Part shown: in pieces, positions 34,198-47,890 of the stretch
Layout of the letters: each line of letters begins with the position of its first letter
Position numbering within the stretch: the stretch's first letter is position 1
Assembly: GCA_964016885.1 (NCBI GenBank)
Contig: OZ024741.1
Span: 407,030,001-407,094,000, forward strand
Length of the DNA: 64,000 nucleotides
From: Eledone cirrhosa
Taxonomy: Eukaryota
Direction: 5' to 3'
The notes under the pieces: generated by a model
Told to the model about the DNA's origin: nothing
The model's input: the letters and a program-made list of their open reading frames with translations, nothing else
The model's database searches: none
Translations under genes and position numbers: made by a program

Positions 34198-34838
34198 ATG
34201 TTTAACACGCTGTTTTGTATATCAGAGTGAGGCATTTGTGACATTACATTCAAAGACACAACTCCGTATAGGGGTAAAACATAATTACTTTATTTAATAT
34301 GGGCTTATAATAATCAGAATAATAGCTATCTGTTTAGGCACAACTCCAGCCATGCAATTTGGAGGTTGGAAGAGTGACTTCGATTACATCGACCACCGTG
34401 ATTGAGTGACATTTTACATTATTGACCTCAACAGAAAGAATAACTCAGTTGACATTGGTGTTATTTGAAAACATAACGCAAATGGTCACATTTAAATACT
34501 GCAGAGTTCTGCTGATTCTGCACCCCTACTCCCCCCATTCCCCATAATGTGTTCTGACTTAGGCTCCAGGCCAACAATTAGGGAGATAGTAATGTCAATT
34601 AAATCGAAACCAGTGCATTACTGGTACTTTAATTTATTGACCCCATAAAACTGAAAAGCAAAGCTAACTTCAGTGGAATCTGAATTTGGAACATGATGCA
34701 CACATGTAATTCATGACTCATACACTGTTACTTTTCCTCACATTTCAACATTATTCTATGTACTATACATGCACCTGAGCACAGTACACAATTATTTCAT
34801 TATTACTATGTCATTATTATTATTTCATTATTATAAAT

Positions 34839-35028
34839 AGGGCGGTAGATTGGCAGTATCGGTAGAGGGTCGGACGCCATGCTTCCCAGCATAATTACGT
34901 CCCTTTAGGATCTGAGTTCAAATTCCGCCGAGGTTAAATTTGCCTTTCATCCTTACGGGGTCGATAAAATAAAGTACAAGTAATGTACTGGGTAATTGAT
35001 GGCCTTGTGCCAAAAGTGGAAACAATTA
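34839..35028 (+). mobile_element. Full-length SINE family 1 with 19-bp TSD
   Basis: TSD attatttcattattataaa at ~34819-34837 and ~35025-35043. Confidence 0.9.
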
Positions 35029-35316
35029 TTTCATTATTATAAACGATATGCCCGTAAATATATTCCGCAAGTCATATTGTCCGACACTCTACCGATTCTG
35101 CCGAGCCACCGCCATTATACTATTCACAATAATAAAACTCATACTTGAAATGGATGATTTAATGTTGCTCCCTTTACTAAACGAAGATATACAGTCAGAA
35201 TAAATCAGCTATGACATAGTTGTACGTCTCTTATTGTGTCCTGGCCTATCAGTACGTTCGTATGAGCATATGTATGTGTGTGTGAGAGCATGTGTATGTG
35301 CGTGTGTCTGTGTGAG

Positions 35317-35354
<38 letters not shown>

Positions 35355-35626
35355 TGTGAGTTTCTGTGTGTGTGTGTGTGTGTTAAGCGAAAGAGGGGAA
35401 ATTCGTTGTCTTGCAAATCAATATAATTCCAGCAGAGTATTATGTCTACCCCATCGATGTGTCACAAGTCTAACAACTCTCTTTATTCAGCAAAAACTAT
35501 AATTTGCAGTGAAACATGTTTATTAACATAATTGAAAAGTACTCCTAATAACACGTCACAGCATAAACACATATATAGAAATATATATGTAGAATATATG
35601 TTAACACACAGACACAAACATATATG

Positions 35627-36235
<609 letters not shown>

Positions 36236-36341
36236 ATAATAATAAAATTGAAGACTAAAATCCAAAGAGGGCTCGATAAGGAAAATATATATCAAATATA
36301 TAAGAACCGTAGAGCAAATATTTATTAAAATAACAGATTAA

Positions 36342-36392
36342 AGTTTAAGCAAAGAATCGCTGCTTTCACCCTTAACGGGATCTTCTGAAACT
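36342..36392 (-). ncRNA. Type I hammerhead with variant CAGAAGA core (copies at 39934-39984 plus and 4128-4178 plus)
   Basis: AGTTT-CAGAAGA-tCCC gttaa GGGt-GAAA-GCA..TGC-TT-AAACT. Confidence 0.7.
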
Positions 36393-37310
36393 AACAAAGT
36401 CAATCTGTAAACGCAGAACTGGATATTTCAAAAAACGTTGCAACCGGAGGAAGACAGGAAGACGATACTTTGGTTCGTGGTAACGTTCGCTGGCAAAGAA
36501 CGGGAAAAAACGAATAATACGTCATTAATAGGAGCGGTGAAAAACAATTACGCGCAAAGACAAAACCACGTTTATGGTATAAAAGAGGTCGTAGACTAAT
36601 GTTCTCTTAGGTGGTGCATAGAGACGTTCTCTGGCAATGAACGAAAAAACGAAGATAATAAGTCATATGTGGAGCGTGGAGAACAATAGCACGCAAAGAC
36701 AAAACCACGTAAATGGTATAGCAGAAATCGTAGACTAAAATTCTAACTAGGAGACCAAATGAATCTCCGCTACAGAGTTAAGAACAAAGTAAATAAATAC
36801 AATACAGAAGTAATAGGAACAAATAAATACATACACGCAAACAGATACGTACATACGCAAAACCTTACCATGGGTATACAAAACCACGCACATATAAATA
36901 TGTGTGTGTGTGTATGTTTGTGTACAAATAAATAAATAATTATATAAACGTATATAAGTAAATAAATACGTATATAACAAGCGCACACGCATACCTACAT
37001 ATAAATACACGAATGTTCGGAGACGTAAGTCAACTAAAACAAGAAGTACACATATACACACACCCACCATACGTACGAACCTGCACACTCACGCGGACGC
37101 AAAACTCCCGTATACACATAGCCAAACCCGAAATACCAGAATATGTAAAAATTATACGCTATAACAGTCAAATATACGTACGAGAAGGTATACATACCTT
37201 CACAAAACATACGGGTAATATATACTTACCTATGCAAATACGTAAAGGAATAAACAAAACATATACTTAGCTCCCACATCAAGACGTAAAATATCCACGT
37301 ATAGATCGTG

Positions 37311-39440
37311 CTATCCGTTAAGGTATAACGTGGGGCTGTAATACAGGAAAGTTTTGTGCAATTTATGTTTACAAGCCGAAATTGCCTCAGATTTTTTGTT
37401 TAAGATGTGGTCTGTAGCGTAGAGTATTTCCAGGGCCTCAGCGGCGCAGAGGTCACATGGTCTTTTATTTCCGTTATACGATCTAGCCCTAGCTAGGATT
37501 TCCCAGTGTAACTTTTATTGGGTGTGGTTGTCTTTTAGACTCCAGATATAAGCTGAAAGTGACGTCATATTCCTTCTTAGAGGGTAACGAAAAGAATGGG
37601 TATGCATGTAAAGACGCTGCTTGAATCTATTGGCGGTTAACCCTATGTAGGCCCTACGGGACGTGGGTGTTACAACCTTACATTTGTAGACAATGTTACT
37701 AGAGAGGCATTTCCCGGATAGGGGGCAATCAGCCCGATTCCTACAATTACAGTTAGTACTACCTACAGGGTTGCACGTGTTCCTACGGCTAGGTAGTTTA
37801 GCTAAATTTGAAGCTGTGATGTTATGTGCAAGGTTAGGAGTCGTAGAGTAAGAAATTTTAATAGTATTTCTATTAAAAAGTTTACTATATTTATGTGTAG
37901 GGGGAAAATGCTTCGTAATAAGGGAAAGAAAGATCTTAGCTAATGGTGTGGCCACCTCCATATTATATGGTGGGTTAAACCAACAAATGCGACGGGATCT
38001 ATTTCTTCTAGGTCTATTTTCGTACTCTGTATATGCTACCTTATCGACAAATCCACTTCGAGCAAGAGCTTCATTGTAATAAGTAGAATGGTCGTTGAAA
38101 ATGCGCTCGTTGGTGGAAAGACGGGAAAGCCTCAACGAAACGTTTCTTACCAGGTTCTTGGTTATGCTGGCAGGATGGTTGGAATGCTTACTTATGTAAT
38201 TAAGCGTGTCATTCGGCTTTCTATACGGGTAATACAACCCATTCAATAAATTGAGGGTAAGGTCGAGGTAATTAACGACCGAGAGATTGGCCTCAACCTG
38301 TATAGAGAGGTTGAAGCCTTTAAAGAAGGCTGTGAGTTCTTTTCTGAACCTGTCGCAAGCACGAGGTCCGCACTTAGTCATGGTCAAAAGACCATCGTCA
38401 CGGTACAAACCACCGCCCGCGTTGGGGAATTCGTCCTTGATAGAGAAAAGAAGGAAAAGGCCAATAAGATCAGTAACCTCCGCAGAGTCACTGGCGCCCA
38501 TACTAACGTCGAATGGGGTATTATTGGATTTTTTAATCCAAATAGAGTCGTCGAAATTAATCACCGACTTTCGGGCATTAAGGATGACATCAACTTCAAA
38601 ATCCTTAACCACTGTGAGTGTTTTAGCGAAATTGATAGCTCTAAGGAGAAGTGGTAAAGTGATGGAGGAGTAGTAATTGTTGATGTCGAATTGGATAAAA
38701 CGGCAATGTTCCTTGTTACATATGCCGTTGAACCAATCAATCACTGCGAAAGAATTGTTCCACAGTGCGAGAGGGGCCAAACTTCTAATTTCAGGTATAA
38801 TTCTATCAAGAATCGTTTTACTAAGTCTACCTAAATCGGACTTCGTTGGGTTAATAAGCCGAATAGAGGGGTTGTTCGGAAAATTGGATTTGTGATCCTT
38901 CAGGGTAAAGTGGGGAGAGATAGGGTTCAGAGGTTCGGTCCGGTCCAGGATGTTGAGATCAGATGTGATTTTAAACCCAGCATCGTTGCTTTCATTGATG
39001 ACGCACCGATTAGTTTTACGGTAATCCTTAATTACAGCATTATGTAGTAGTTGATGGTAAGTACTGCGCTCCACTTGATATAGGTTGCCAGTTTTGTCGG
39101 AATGGACGTGCACGGCGTTAGAATTCTTAATAGAACGAATTCTATTCTTCAGGTCTTGCTGGAAGGAATTGCTCCTATTCAGAAATTTGATATTCCGAAT
39201 GAGTTCCAAGACATCATTTTCGAAGGGTAGCAATGCTGGGTTCCACGGAGGGTTATTATAAGTTTTAAATCCAAATTTATCCTGTTTGTTTTCTGCTTTT
39301 CGCGGATTATCGAAATAAAAGGCACGCCAACGCAACCTTTTAATGAACGCGTCTGTTTTCTGTATCAGGAGTTTTAGGTATGTTTTCCTGCTTGGTACGG
39401 GTATGTTCTTTGTAGAAATATTCAGATGTTGTTTCTGCAT
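37311..39440 (-). CDS. PLE polyprotein: RT + CxCx5C linker + GIY-YIG endonuclease; single in-frame TAA at 37515-37517
   Basis: SDKTGN, FIQFDINNYY, MGASDSAEV, LYRDDGL, NYLDLTL, CNCRNRADCP, IVYKC..YIGLT..FKQR; the frame continues past TAA as KLHWEILARARSYNGNKRPCDLCAAE..LNKKSE..CKH to TAG at 37311. Confidence 0.93.
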
Positions 39441-39995
39441 GATGAATATAAGTCAGTAGAGTGCTCAACCGAAGGAGCCAAATAGTAATAATAATAAAAT
39501 TGAAGACTAAAATTACTTCTGTATTGTATTTATTTACTTTGTTCTTAACTCTGTAGCGGAGATTCATTTGGTCTCCTAGTTAGAATTTTAGTCTACGATT
39601 TCTGCTATACCATTTACGTGGTTTTGTCTTTGCGTGCTTTTGTTCTCCACGCTCCACATATGACTTATTATCTTCGTTTTTTCGTTCATTGCCAGAGAAC
39701 GTCTCTATACACCACCTAAGAGAACATTAGTCTACGACCTCTTTTATACCATAAACGTGGTTTTGTCTTTGCGCGTAATTGTTTTTCACCGCTCCAATTA
39801 ATGACGTATTATTCGTTTTTTCCCGTTCTTTGCCAGCGAACGTTACCACGAACCAAAGTATCGTCTTCCTGTCTTCCTCCAGTTGCAACGTTTTTTGAAA
39901 TATCCAGTTGTGCGTTTACAGATTGACTTTGTTAGTTTCAGAAGATCCCGTTAAGGGTGAAAGCAGCGATTCTTTGCTTAAACTTTAATCTGTTA

Positions 39996-40078
<83 letters not shown>

Positions 40079-40079
<1 letters not shown>

Positions 40080-40590
40080 CTAGCCGAATTACCCGCGCCT
40101 TGTTGCGTTTCACACATTTTTTTTTTGTAAGAAAATGATGATTGATTTTAAATCAGTGATATAATTTATGGAGAAAAACTGCATTTCAATATTACTTAAT
40201 GTAAAATGTAATGCCTGAAAAATTGGAAAACGTTATTTTTTGTAATATATCAAATCAAAATTACATTATTAAATCTTATTCTCATTTTGTTTCTTGTCAA
40301 TATATTTTTTTAAATATCAATTCTAAACTTTTGTAAATAGGTATCATATCTTGTCATTTACCTATGGTTTAAATTTCATATAAATCGAAGGGAAACCATT
40401 TTCAGATGGGGTTTTCAGCGGGGGTTTGTGCCCCCGGGAAACCCTTTGATTAAAACGAAATATACTTATCCAAGTACCCTGGGCAATGTAGTTTCAGAAT
40501 ATATATGGTTATGGGGGTTATCTCCAAAACCATAGGAAGAGTTCGTGAAGAAACAAATAAACAAACATACAGACAGGAACTGCAACTTTA
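40079..40590 (+). mobile_element. Lep1/HINE-like non-autonomous Helitron-type element
   Basis: Starts actagccgaattacccgcgcc..gcg, contains aaatttcat..aatcg, ends in acaaacatacagacag..actttatata; resemblance recalled, not searched. Confidence 0.5.
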
Positions 40591-40609
40591 TATATATATT
40601 TATATATAT

Positions 40610-41116
40610 AACGAAGGAACTGTGGTAAGGAATCAGATGGACAATAACGCACCAAAGTACTCAATACTTAGGGTAGTAGAGTTGGTAATAGGAACAAGTA
40701 TGACCCCGACGGCAGAGCTCAAGCCGTTTCGACGACTATTTCTGGACAAAAGAAGAATTTTTAGCCTGGTAAATAAATAGCCGAACTTCTATATGGGAAG
40801 ATAATAATTGTCAAGGGGATTGGTCAAAAATGTGTTGTATATATTTCACTTTCAACGCTTGACTGGGTTTCCTCCTTCTCCCTTTTTGTTCTTCCGGCAG
40901 GTTCAGCCACCCCTACCTCCCACCAAATGCCATGATAGATTTATCTGTCTTTACAACAAATTTTTGACCATTCCTCTCGACAATTACCATCTTCCCATAT
41001 AAGGAAATACCCCCTGCGAAGTTCGGCTATCTATTTACCAGGCTAAAAATTATTATTTAGTCATAAATAACCGTCGAAACGGCTTGAACTCTGCCGTCGG
41101 GCCCTTACTTTTTCCA
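40610..41116. mobile_element. Older palindromic insert of PLE family B with decayed HHR
   Basis: Tail + left arm 40610-40825, right arm ~40962-41116; homologous to 17071-17960 and 13650-13929. Confidence 0.82.
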
Positions 41117-41141
41117 ATATATATATATATATATATATATA

Positions 41142-41446
41142 CATTACAAAGACGAATGGTTTACTCCTTCATTACGTTTACTGGTTGCTGACGCGCTCAA
41201 GGTTTGATCTGTATCGATATGGCCCGACTCTATAGTAGTATTTACTACTACAGAGGTCCGACGAGCATTTGATTACAGAGTCGGGTCAGATCGATACAGA
41301 TCAAACCTTGAGCTGATAAATAGCGAAACGCGCGTCAGCAACCAGTAAACGTAATGAAGGAATAACCATTCGTCCTTGTATTATTATACTACATTCTAGT
41401 AGTATAATAATACAAGGACGAATGGTTATTCCTTCATTACGTTTAC
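41142..41446. repeat. Triple-arm nested inverted repeat containing an HHR-like 3' half (GAAA CGCGCG TC)
   Basis: 41142-41230 inverted to 41277-41382, and 41344-41390 inverted again to 41399-41446. Confidence 0.7.
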
Positions 41447-41462
41447 TCTAGTATACTACATA

Positions 41463-41622
41463 AGGCGGTGGATTGGCAGTATCGGTAGAGGGCCGGACGC
41501 CATGCTTTGCCGCATAGAGTTACGGCGCTTGCCATTCTGAGTTCAAATCCCGCCAAGGTTAACTTCGCCATTCATCCTTACAGGGTCGATAAAATAAAGT
41601 ACCAGTAATGTACTGGATAATT
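41463..41622 (+). mobile_element. SINE family 1
   Basis: Head, B-box and core present. Confidence 0.85.
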
Positions 41623-41851
41623 GCAATATTATGATGTTCGATATAACCCATACGTACAGTCAGATGTATACAGTCTTGATGAAGAGTAATGACCCAGAAA
41701 GATGTTGATTGTTCCTCAAACCAGCGTTGAACAAACAGGTGACGATCGGTCACCGGCAAAGCTTCTAATTGGGCCGTTTGCTTACAAAGGAGTCGAGTGT
41801 TATTATTAATGTTTGATATAACCCATACGTACATATGCATATATGTGTGTG

Positions 41852-41899
<48 letters not shown>

Positions 41900-41902
<3 letters not shown>

Positions 41903-42188
41903 AAAAAGGGAAACTATATTTATAAAACCATATTTATTCTATTATATATATTTCAAGGGTACCAACATTTTGGTACGCTCTCATCAGATAAAATACAAAA
42001 TTTGTTTTATAAATGGTGACATATCCAAGAAACCAGACCTTATCGGTTCAGGTTCAGTTTGTATATAAATATAAATATAGTTTCCATTTATTAATATCAT
42101 TGATATTATACTCCAGAACACTTGTAGAGTGCTTCGAATCTGCTATAAATAAATTTGTTGAATAACCAAAAAATTAAATATCTCTTTG

Positions 42189-42190
<2 letters not shown>
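41900..42190 (-). mobile_element. PLE family D-like end with HHR (41935-41994 minus) and inverted tail
   Basis: ATTTTAT-CTGATGA-GAG.GTACC..GGTAC.CTT-GAAA-TATATA-TA-ATAGAAT. Confidence 0.78.
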
Positions 42191-42222
<32 letters not shown>

Positions 42223-42229
<7 letters not shown>

Positions 42230-42409
42230 GTGAGGTTTTTTTTTACAAAATGAAAAACAACCGAGGTGTCCTACACGAGTGGAAGTATAAAGAAAAAGGG
42301 ATGAAATCGAAAATGCAACTGAAGTCTTATTTTTTTTAAAAATATATATATTTATTTGGTTCCTTTACCGGTTTCGCAGTTCTTCTGCTTTTCAAAAGGT
42401 GAGTTGAGA
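42223..42409 (-). mobile_element. Solo 3' terminus of the Neptune-like PLE, with HHR
   Basis: Near-identical to 18612-18795. Confidence 0.85.
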
Positions 42410-42513
42410 CACAAACACAAACATAGACACCGAGGTACACACACACGGATATATATATATATATATATATATGTATTGTTTATTATAAATTATATATATA
42501 TATATATATATAT

Positions 42514-42937
42514 AATGTATAATAAACAATACAATATAATTACCTCATTACCAGAGGTTTCCCGAATAAGACGAATACAAAAAACGTCCTCATTCGTTCG
42601 TCAGACAAGGCAATTTAAAAAATAGTGAAATATTTGAAAATCTCCTCAAGGAAGGCAAAAGTTTAACGGGCAAAAAAATATATAAATAAAAGTAATGTAA
42701 GAGATATATAAACTTTTGCCTTTCTTGAGGAGATTTTTCAAATATTTCATTATGTTTTAAATTGCCTTGTCCGACGAGCGAATGAGGACGTTTCTTGTAT
42801 TCGTCTTATTCGGGAAACCTCTGGTAATGAGGTAATTAAATTATATTGTTTATTATACATTAAATTTAGCTCTGGTACTTACATAGAGCACTCTTCACTC
42901 CTATGACTTTTTCAATTTTCAACGGAAACTTCAATAC

Positions 42938-42938
<1 letters not shown>
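42514..42938. mobile_element. Palindromic insert with two opposed HHRs (42543-42610 minus; 42765-42832 plus)
   Basis: Arms 42514-42664 and 42710-42860, tail to ~42938; CCTTGT-CTGACGA-aCGAAT...ATTCGg-GAAA-CCtctGG-TA-ATGAGG. Confidence 0.83.
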
Positions 42939-43029
<91 letters not shown>

Positions 43030-43033
<4 letters not shown>

Positions 43034-43305
43034 ACATAAAATAACAGGAGGCTGGACTGGTGTAAATCCTTGAAGGGTTTATTATACTATGATCATTTCA
43101 ATGACCGGGTTCCATATGAATCCGGTGATATCATCAGGTATTGGAACATAACAAAGGAATATGTAAAAAACCATGGGTCCGAAAAATCAGAGACAGAGAC
43201 AGAGAGGACGACTGTCTCTGTCTCTGATTTTTCGGACCCATGGTTTTTTAGATATTCCTTTTGTTATATTCCAATACCTGATGATATCATCGGATTCATA
43301 TGGAA
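43030..43305. mobile_element. Palindromic insert; HHR at 43085-43140 (minus)
   Basis: Arms 43109-43201 and 43213-43305; TAC-CTGATGA-..ACCGG..CCGGT..-GAAA-TGATCA-TA-GTA. Confidence 0.78.
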
Positions 43306-43964
43306 CATTTTCAAATATCAACACTTCCTGTTAGCGATTGCTTAAATAAACATTCACATATTTCCGTCACTAATTTTCTTCTAATGCAGTTTATATATAA
43401 TATCGTCTTTTTTTAATGTATCATGGATTACGTTACGGATTACAGAAGACAGTGTAACAGAGTCTTTGTTCAATTTCTGTGTATATTGTCAATTACAATT
43501 TTATTTGATGTATCATATCTACATGCATATATATTTTTATTTTATTAAATAACGCTACAAATGGGAGTGAAAATATGAACACATATAATATATACAAAGC
43601 ATATAAATAAATTTACAGTAGAATAACATAACAAATATGTTTTAAATATATACATAAATAACATTACAAATGCTTAGATGACATAAATTGTTCGCAATTC
43701 TGTCAGAAGTATATATTCCATTAATGTTACAATATTAACGAAAAATATAAAGGAAGGGGTGAACAACGGAGCCAACACCAGAGCAAAAGGCAGCTGCGAG
43801 GAGTACTGGGCAACCTCTCTAATGATTTTAGAGGCAAGCCAGCACACTGGCAGTGTTGCCTCGGGTGATGGTGAGGTTAATATCAATATGCACACTACAC
43901 ATGCTAGCAGAAAACCGCCCAATGGGTGGGTTTTCTGCTAGTGTATATAATGGTTTTTGATTTG

Positions 43965-44720
43965 TACACGAGGACAGCAATTTTTAAGGGGAGGCGAATG
44001 TGGATTAAATCAACACCAGAGCGTGGCTGGTACTTCATTTCATCGACCCAGTAAGGAAGAAAGATAGATAAAGCCATGAACTCAGATAGTAAAGGGACGA
44101 AACACTATGTCGCGAAGCATGGTGTCCGGTGCTCATTGCAAAAATGAGGGCCGTAACTCTATGCCGCAAAGCATGTTTTCCAAGATTCTACCGATACGGC
44201 CAATTTGCCACCATCGTTTATCCCATAATAATTGTTTCTACTTTTGACACAAGGCCAGCAATTATACAGTTTATTACTGGTACTTTATTTTATCGACCCC
44301 GTAAGGATGAAAGGGAAAGTTAACCTAGGCGGGATTTGATCTCAGATCATAAATGGCCGTAATAATGATAATAGTTTCTGTTATGGGCACAAGGCCAACC
44401 ATTTTTGGGGGTCGGGAAGTAGATTCAATCGGCTCCAGTGCGTTACTGGTACTTTATTTTATCGAGCACGTAAGGCTGAAAGGTAAAGCTAACCTCGGTG
44501 GGATTTGAACTCAGAACTTAAAGGGCCGCGAAGCAGATTGTCCGACTCCCTACAAATACTGGCAATCCACCACCCTAGTTCTAGTTTGGGTACACGGCCA
44601 GCAATATGAACGGGTGGGGAATGTGTTAATGGTACTTTATTTTTCGACCCTGTAAGAGTGAAAGGCAAAGCTAACCTCGGCGAGATTTGAACTAAGAACG
44701 CAAAGGGAAATAACTCTATG
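43965..44720 (-). mobile_element. Cluster of four same-orientation SINE family 1 or related copies
   Basis: Repeated ggtactttattttatcgacccc..aaggatgaaagg cores at ~44030, 44280, 44450 and 44630. Confidence 0.8.
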
Positions 44721-45265
44721 CCGGTTGATATATAAATAATAAGTCCAGTACTGGTTTTCCTTTCTTGCAGTTTGTCTTCCTTATTTTTGTCTTTCCATCG
44801 CTAAATCTGGTTGGCTGTCAGTAGCCGGCCTTATTCACAAGTAGACGGAGATGTGCCAACAATTGCTTACCTTCCCTACCATATAATTAAAAGTCAGGGT
44901 TATGTGGGTGTGTATGTGGGTGATGTGTGTGTGTATGTGGGTGGTGCGCGTATGTGGGTGGTGTGTGTATGTGTGTATGTGTGAGTGCATGCATATATAT
45001 ATTTATTTAGTTTTCACTCTTTCACTATTATTACTCCAAGAAGGACCTGCATGAGAATTCTCACAAACTCGCGGCTTAACTAAGGAAACCTCTTGTTGAG
45101 TCAAACAACGCCGTACGTTAAAACTATCCATAGTACAGAGTACTCACAACCTCTAACTGGATTACCTAAAACGATAACTTGTTATCCCATAAAAACACAC
45201 ACCCACACACACACACACACACACAAACTCCCCCCCCCCCCCTCCCCCCATATATATATATATAT

Positions 45266-45635
45266 AAACAAATAGTAGAGAGAAAAAAGATTCTTTCAGT
45301 ATAGTATCAAAACACTTTTTTATAAAATGCATATTTCCTCATTTAATGATGGTACCGGTTTCAGCATTATATGTTTTTTCAACTGCGGATATGCATAATG
45401 TTTTTATGTTGTATATTTATACGAATAATAAAAAGGGGAAGAAAAATTATTATATTTTACATTCATATTTAGAGAGGGCGGTTTATATCTCCTCTTTAAA
45501 TATGTATGCAAAAACTAATAATTTTATAAAATGCAGAAATATCCACTTTACAAATAAATGTTTTGATATTACACTGAAATAATCTCTTCAGCATTTTCTA
45601 CTGAAAAAATGTTTTTCCTTTCTACTGTTTGTTTA
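45266..45635. mobile_element. Decayed inverted-repeat insert with HHR-like motif (U3-A8) at ~45350-45385 (minus)
   Basis: TTGAAAA-AaCAT ata ATGcT-GAAA-CCGG-TA; stem I weak; ends loosely inverted. Confidence 0.45.
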
Positions 45636-45676
45636 TATATATATTTATATCAACGCGTGTGTTACTTTTCTACATT

Positions 45677-45759
<83 letters not shown>

Positions 45760-46019
45760 ATGCAAAGTATGTGTGAATATATTTGTAGGTACGTCAATGA
45801 ATGTGTTTGTTTATTTGTGTATCTGTGAGGTAGGTGATTGATATTCAATTACAATATTTTATTAAAACCATTCATTCTGATAATTATGTCTATTTTCTTT
45901 TCAGAAATAATTTGATGTTTGCAATCCTAAATAATTCTGTACTTTATATGAAACCTGAGCAATTCAAATGTAAGAAGATTGCAAAGGAAATTATAAACAC
46001 CAAGAATATATTACATATT

Positions 46020-46095
<76 letters not shown>

Positions 46096-46098
46096 TGT

Positions 46099-46153
<55 letters not shown>

Positions 46154-46321
46154 CATATTATGTATATTAACCGTTTTTTTAAGCAGATTTTAAATTTCAT
46201 TTCCTATCTTTTATTTATAACATCTCTGTCTGACGAACGATCCAGACGTATATATTATTATCGTCTGTGATCCATGACCCTTTGCTAATGGAGTAGTTAT
46301 ATTTTGTGTTGTTCACTTTCC

Positions 46322-46359
<38 letters not shown>

Positions 46360-46362
<3 letters not shown>

Positions 46363-46765
46363 TGATGGTAGCTAAGATGCTTCCATAGGCGGTATGTCGG
46401 TTCCATAGGCGGTATGTCGGTTGAGCACTCTATGCTCTTACAGAGCAGAGTATGGTAGAATAGAAAACGAAAAATCAGTGATGCATCTGAACTCAATTTA
46501 TTGTGTGTTACAATTGTTTACCCGGCGGACAGCTCGAGACGCGATCATTGTGTAGATCTGTCTGATTCTGGACCCGCAGGTTCGACGGACGCGTCTAATG
46601 ATTTCGGAGAGCATATGGTCCGAAATCATTAGACGTGTCCGTCGAACCTGCGGGTCCAGAATCAGACAGATCTACACAATGATCGCGTCTCGAGCTGTCC
46701 GCCGGGTAAACAATTGTAACACACAATAAATTGAGTTCAGATGCATCACTGATTTTTCGTTTTCT

Positions 46766-46771
<6 letters not shown>
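46360..46771. repeat. Near-perfect 316-bp palindrome plus tail between (TA)n tracts
   Basis: Arms 46456-46608 and 46619-46771; extension 46360-46455. Confidence 0.88.
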
Positions 46772-46794
<23 letters not shown>

Positions 46795-46796
<2 letters not shown>

Positions 46797-47440
46797 TATG
46801 AAGAGAGAAGAAACATTTAGATATAATTAGTAATAAAATGTATCATACCTAAACTGCTCCTAAATTCCTCGACTACGTAGTTTCGTGGCATAAACAAAAA
46901 CAATATATCATAAAGATATAGAGTCCTTGCGAGGTCTGCCGACTTATCAAGAGGATACCTCATTTTACTAGTCTCAAGAACGCGTCTACACGACGTGAGA
47001 AAGAATCCCAAAAGGCGGAGGGGGAGATAGTCACGCGATATAACGGTCGAGAAACAGAGCTAAGCCTCTTATAACCCCGAAGAAAATACCAGGCTTAGCT
47101 CTGTTTCTCGACCGTTATATCGCGTGACTATCTCCCCCTCCGCCTTTTGGGATTCTTTCTCACGTCGTGTAGACGCGTTCTTGAGACTAATAAAATGAGG
47201 TATCCTCTTGATAAGTCGGCAGACCTCGCAAGGACTCTATATCTTTATGATATATTGTTTTTGTTTATGCCACGAAACTACGTAGTCGAGGAATTTAGGA
47301 GCAGTTTAGGTATGATACATTTTATTACTAATTATATCTAAATGTTTCTTCTCTCTTCATAATGTATTTTTAACTCTGATACTGGTTCAGTCTAGTTCAA
47401 CTGAATTGGTCTGTCCCACTCATTCATTGAGCAACATCGG
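46795..47440. mobile_element. Near-perfect palindromic insert with two opposed U3-A8 HHRs (46866-46955 minus; 47203-47292 plus)
   Basis: Arms 46795-47067 and 47091-47363; TCCTC-TTGATAA-GTcGGCA...TGCCAC-GAAA-CTACGTAG-TC-GAGGA. Confidence 0.9.
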
Positions 47441-47533
47441 TGAAGTTGGCACCCTTAACTCACAGTTGGGTGCGGATGCATTCATGTATATATGTGTGTG
47501 TCCGCATGTATCTGTGTGTTTCTAAATATATTG

Positions 47534-47599
<66 letters not shown>

Positions 47600-47798
47600 A
47601 TAGTAATAATAATAAATTTGAAAACTAAAATCCAAAGAGGGCTCGATAAGGATAAACATAATTCAAATATATAAGAACCCTAGAGCAAATATTTATTGAA
47701 ATAACAGATTAAAGTTTAAGCAAAGAATCGTTGCTTTCACTCTAAGGGTGAAAGCAGCTATTCTTTGCTTAAACTTTAATCTGTTATTTTAATAAATA
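47600..47798. mobile_element. Mini palindrome of Naiad family A end
   Basis: Tail + arm 47600-47740, inverted arm 47748-47798; fold-back point lies at the HHR stem II loop. Confidence 0.85.
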
Positions 47799-47808
47799 AA
47801 TAAAAATA

Positions 47809-47890
<82 letters not shown>

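Noticed and set aside
37515-37517. Possible recoded stop in the Naiad ORF
   Set aside because: Codon is TAA, not TGA; most simply a Tyr-to-stop mutation or a sequencing error
46817-47341. Identical 64-aa ORFs on opposite strands (similar pairs at 17249-17821 and 24199-24797)
   Set aside because: A by-product of the inverted repeats; no protein motifs
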